Assembly: GCF_036365525.1 (NCBI RefSeq)
Contig: NC_090399.1
Span: 14,817,558-14,881,557, forward strand
Direction: 5' to 3'
Source: Heterodontus francisci
Lineage: Eukaryota
DNA length: 64,000 nt
Made by a program: the position numbers and the translations under genes. The notes under the pieces were generated by a model. That model was given only the letters and a program-made list of their open reading frames with translations, was not told where the DNA came from and did no database searches. Positions 60,924 to 64,000 of this stretch are shown one piece after another. The first letter of the stretch is position 1; each line of letters begins with the position of its first letter.

Positions 60924-63677
60924 CGTAAGGCAGATGAACTTAGAGCTTGGATTAGTACTTGGAAATATGATGTTGTTGCTATTACAGAGACTTGGTTGAG
61001 GGAAGGGCAGGAGTGGCAGCTAAATGTTCCAGGCTTTAGAAGCTTCAGGCGGGATAGAGGGGGATGTAAAAGGGGTGGAGGAGTTGCATTACTCGTTAAG
61101 GAGAATATCACAGCTGTACTGTGGGAGGACACCTCAGAGAGGTCGTGCAGCGAGGCAATATGGGTGGAGCTCAGGAATAGGAAGGGTGCAGTCACGAAGT
61201 TGGGGGTTTACTACAGGCCTCCCAACAGCCAGCGGGAGGTAGAGGAGCAGATATGTAGACAGATTTTGGAAAGATGTAAAGGTAACAGGGTTGTAGTGGT
61301 GAGTGATTTTAACTTCCCCTATATTGACTGGGACTCACTTAGTGCTAGGGGCTTGGATGGGGCAGAATTTGTGAGGAGTATCCAGGAGGGCTTCTTGAAA
61401 CAGTATGCAGATAGTCCAACCAGGGATGGGGCCATTCTGGACCTGGTATTGGGGAATGAGCCCGGCCAGGTGGTCGAAGTTTCAGTGGGGGAGCATTTCG
61501 GGAGCAGTGACCATAATTCCATAAGTTTTAAGGTACTTGTGGATAAGGATAAGAGTAGTCCTCGGGTGAAGGTGCTAAATTGGGGGAAGGCTAATTATAA
61601 CAATATTAGGCAGGAACTGAAGAATTTAGATTGGGGGCGGCTGTTTGAGGGTAAATCAACATCTGACATGTGGGAGTCTTTCAAACGTCAGCTGATTAGA
61701 ATCCAGGACCAGCATGTTCCTGTGAGGAAGAAAGACAAGTTTGGCAAGTTTTGGGAAGCTTGGATAACACGGGATATTGTGAGCCCAGTCAAAAAGAAAA
61801 AGGAAGCATTTGTAAGGGCTGGAAGGCTAGGAACAGATGAAGCACTTGAGGAATATAAAGACAGTAGGAAGGAACTTAAGCAAGGAGTTAGGAGGGCTAA
61901 AAGGGGTCATGAAAAGTCATTGGCAAACAGGATTAAGGAAAATCCCAAGGCTTTTTATACATATATAAAGAGCAAGAGGGTAATCAGGGAAAGGGTTGGC
62001 CCACTCAAGGACAGAGATGGGAATCTATGCGTGGAGCCAGAGGAAATGGGTGAGGTGCTAAATGAGTACTTTGCATTAGTATTCACCAAGGAGAAGGACT
62101 TGGTGGATGATGAGCCTAAGGAAGGGAGTGCAGATAGTCTCAGTCATCTCATTATCAAAAAGGAGGAGGTGTTGGGTGTCTTGCAAAGCATTAAGGTAGA
62201 TAAGTCCCCAGGGCCTGATGGGATCTACCCTAGAGTACTGAGGGAGGCAAGGGAAGAAATTGCTGGGGCCTTGACAGAAATCTTTGCATCCTCATTGGCT
62301 ACAGGTGAGGTCCCAGAGGACTGGAGAATAGCCAATGTTGTTCCTTTGTTTAAGAAGGGTGACAAGGATAATCCAGGAAATTATAGGCCGGTGAGCCTTA
62401 CATCAGTGGTAGGGAAACTATTAGAGAGGATTCTTCGGGACAGGATTTACTCCCATTTGGAAACAAATGAACTTATTAATGAGAGACAGCATGGTTTTGT
62501 GAAGGGGAGGTCGTGTCTTACTAATTTGATTGAGTTTTTTGAGGAAGTGACGAAGATGATTGATGAGGGAAGGGCGGTGGATGTCGTCTATATGGACTTT
62601 AGTAAAGCCTTTGACAAGGTCCCGCATGGCAGACTGGTGCAAAAGGTGAAGTCACACGGGATCAGAGGTGAGCTGGCAAGATGGATACAGAACTGGCTCA
62701 GTCACAGAAGACAGAGGGTAACAGTGGATGGGTGTTTTTCTGAATGGAGGGATGTGACGAGTGGTGTTCCGCAGGGATCAGTGCTGGGACCTTTGCTGTT
62801 TGTCGTATATATAAATGATTTGGAGGAAAATGTAGCTGGTCTGACTAGTAAGTTTGCGGATGACACAAAGGTTGGTGGATTTGCGGGTAATGATGAGGAT
62901 TGTCAGAGGATACAGCAGGATATAGATCGGTTGGAGACTTGGGCGGAGAAATGGCAGATGGAGTTTAATTACGACAAATGTGAGGTAATGCATTTTGGAA
63001 GGTCCAATGCAGGTGGGAGGTATGCAGTAAATGGCAGAACCCTGAGGAGTATTGACAGGCAGACCGATCTGGGCGTACAGGTCCACAGGTCACTGAAAGT
63101 GGCAACGCAGGTGGATAAGGTAGTCAAGAAGGCATACGGCATGCTTGCCTTCATCGGTCAGGGCATAGAGTATAAAAATTGGCAAGTCATGTTGCAGCTG
63201 TACAGAACCTTAGTTAGGCCACACTTAGAATATTGCGTGCAATTCTGGTCACCACACTACCAGAAGGACGTGGAGGCTTTGGAGAGGGTACAGAGGAGGT
63301 TTACCAGGATGTTGCCTGGTCTGGAGGGCATTAGCTATGAGGAGAGGTTGGAAAAACTCGGATTCTTTTCACTGGAACAACGGCGGTGGAGGGGCGACAT
63401 GATAGAGGTTTACAAAGTTATGAGCGGCATGGACAGAGTGGATAGTCAGAAGCTTTTTCCCAGGGTGGAAGAGTCAGTTACTAGGGGACATAGGTTTAAG
63501 GTGCGAGGGGCAAAGTTTAGAGGGGATGTGCAAGGCAAGTTTTTTACACAGAGCGTGGTGAGTGCCTGGAACTTGCTGCCAGGGGAGGTGGTGGAAGCAG
63601 ATACGCTAGCGAAGTTTAAGAGACATCTTGACAAATATATGAATAGGAAGGGAATAGAGGGATATGGGCCCCGCTAG
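60891..63677 (+). CDS. CR1 ORF2 (APE endonuclease + reverse transcriptase), 928-aa open frame with a chimeric start
   Basis: Uninterrupted; ITETW, SDFNFP, SDHN, YMDFSKAFDKV, KFADD; the first ~11 codons come from the Tx1 tail. Confidence 0.85.
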   Translation: MNKVYFGNKKKRKADELRAWISTWKYDVVAITETWLREGQEWQLNVPGFRSFRRDRGGCKRGGGVALLVKENITAVLWEDTSERSCSEAIWVELRNRKGAVTKLGVYYRPPNSQREVEEQICRQILERCKGNRVVVVSDFNFPYIDWDSLSARGLDGAEFVRSIQEGFLKQYADSPTRDGAILDLVLGNEPGQVVEVSVGEHFGSSDHNSISFKVLVDKDKSSPRVKVLNWGKANYNNIRQELKNLDWGRLFEGKSTSDMWESFKRQLIRIQDQHVPVRKKDKFGKFWEAWITRDIVSPVKKKKEAFVRAGRLGTDEALEEYKDSRKELKQGVRRAKRGHEKSLANRIKENPKAFYTYIKSKRVIRERVGPLKDRDGNLCVEPEEMGEVLNEYFALVFTKEKDLVDDEPKEGSADSLSHLIIKKEEVLGVLQSIKVDKSPGPDGIYPRVLREAREEIAGALTEIFASSLATGEVPEDWRIANVVPLFKKGDKDNPGNYRPVSLTSVVGKLLERILRDRIYSHLETNELINERQHGFVKGRSCLTNLIEFFEEVTKMIDEGRAVDVVYMDFSKAFDKVPHGRLVQKVKSHGIRGELARWIQNWLSHRRQRVTVDGCFSEWRDVTSGVPQGSVLGPLLFVVYINDLEENVAGLTSKFADDTKVGGFAGNDEDCQRIQQDIDRLETWAEKWQMEFNYDKCEVMHFGRSNAGGRYAVNGRTLRSIDRQTDLGVQVHRSLKVATQVDKVVKKAYGMLAFIGQGIEYKNWQVMLQLYRTLVRPHLEYCVQFWSPHYQKDVEALERVQRRFTRMLPGLEGISYEERLEKLGFFSLEQRRWRGDMIEVYKVMSGMDRVDSQKLFPRVEESVTRGHRFKVRGAKFRGDVQGKFFTQSVVSAWNLLPGEVVEADTLAKFKRHLDKYMNRKGIEGYGPR

Positions 63678-63771
63678 TGCAGAAGGTGTTAGTTTCGGCA
63701 GGCATCAAGATCGGCGCAGGCTTGGAGGGCCGAATGGCCTGTTCCTGTGCTGTCCTGTTCTTTGTTCTTTG
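60925..63771 (+). mobile_element. Young CR1 LINE, 5'-truncated
   Basis: Same family as 15748-16805 and 27305-30011; (TTCTTTG)n tail. Confidence 0.92.
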
Positions 63772-64000
63772 ATATGGGGAGAGAGCAGTGGATTGGGACT
63801 AATTGGATAGCCCTACCAAAGAGGCACCACAAACATGATGGCCTGAATGGCCTCTTTATTATATGATTTTGTGATGCCATGATATAAAGGAACTCTGGTG
63901 GCTTGTTTTTTCAATTTTTTGACCTGATACTACAGCTTCTTCTGAAAGTCGAGACAGGCAACATCTGCTACACTACTTTCATCAATCCTCTGTGACTCCA

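Overview
Vertebrate genomic DNA, very probably from a cartilaginous fish (HE1-type V-SINEs, Deu-domain SINEs, abundant CR1/HER1-like LINEs). Most of the window is retrotransposon-derived. Two tandem, intron-containing, minus-strand genes for single Ig V-domain type I membrane receptors of the NKp30 (NCR3)/CD28 type can be assembled from phase-compatible GT-AG splice sites. Gene 1: leader 13653-13710, V 10946-11284, stalk/TM 8310-8444, candidate cytoplasmic exons near 6.4-6.6 kb. Gene 2: leader 38234-38291, V 35973-36317, stalk/TM 33977-34089, cytoplasmic 31957-32049. Both have a 58-bp leader exon, a J-like GxGT G strand, a stalk cysteine and a basic TM residue (Arg in gene 1, Lys in gene 2). 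Bases 46.3-63.8 kb form a nested retroelement stack: a Tx1/L1-clade LINE with a U1 snRNA-derived 5' head contains a full-length CR1, which contains a Penelope-like element and an RTE fragment. A second Tx1 and a young CR1 follow, the latter with a 928-aa ORF that takes its ATG from the Tx1 tail. Also present are hammerhead ribozyme motifs in Penelope-derived repeats and a convergent pair of CTCF-like motifs around gene 1. All calls are by eye; TE boundaries without a stated TSD are approximate.
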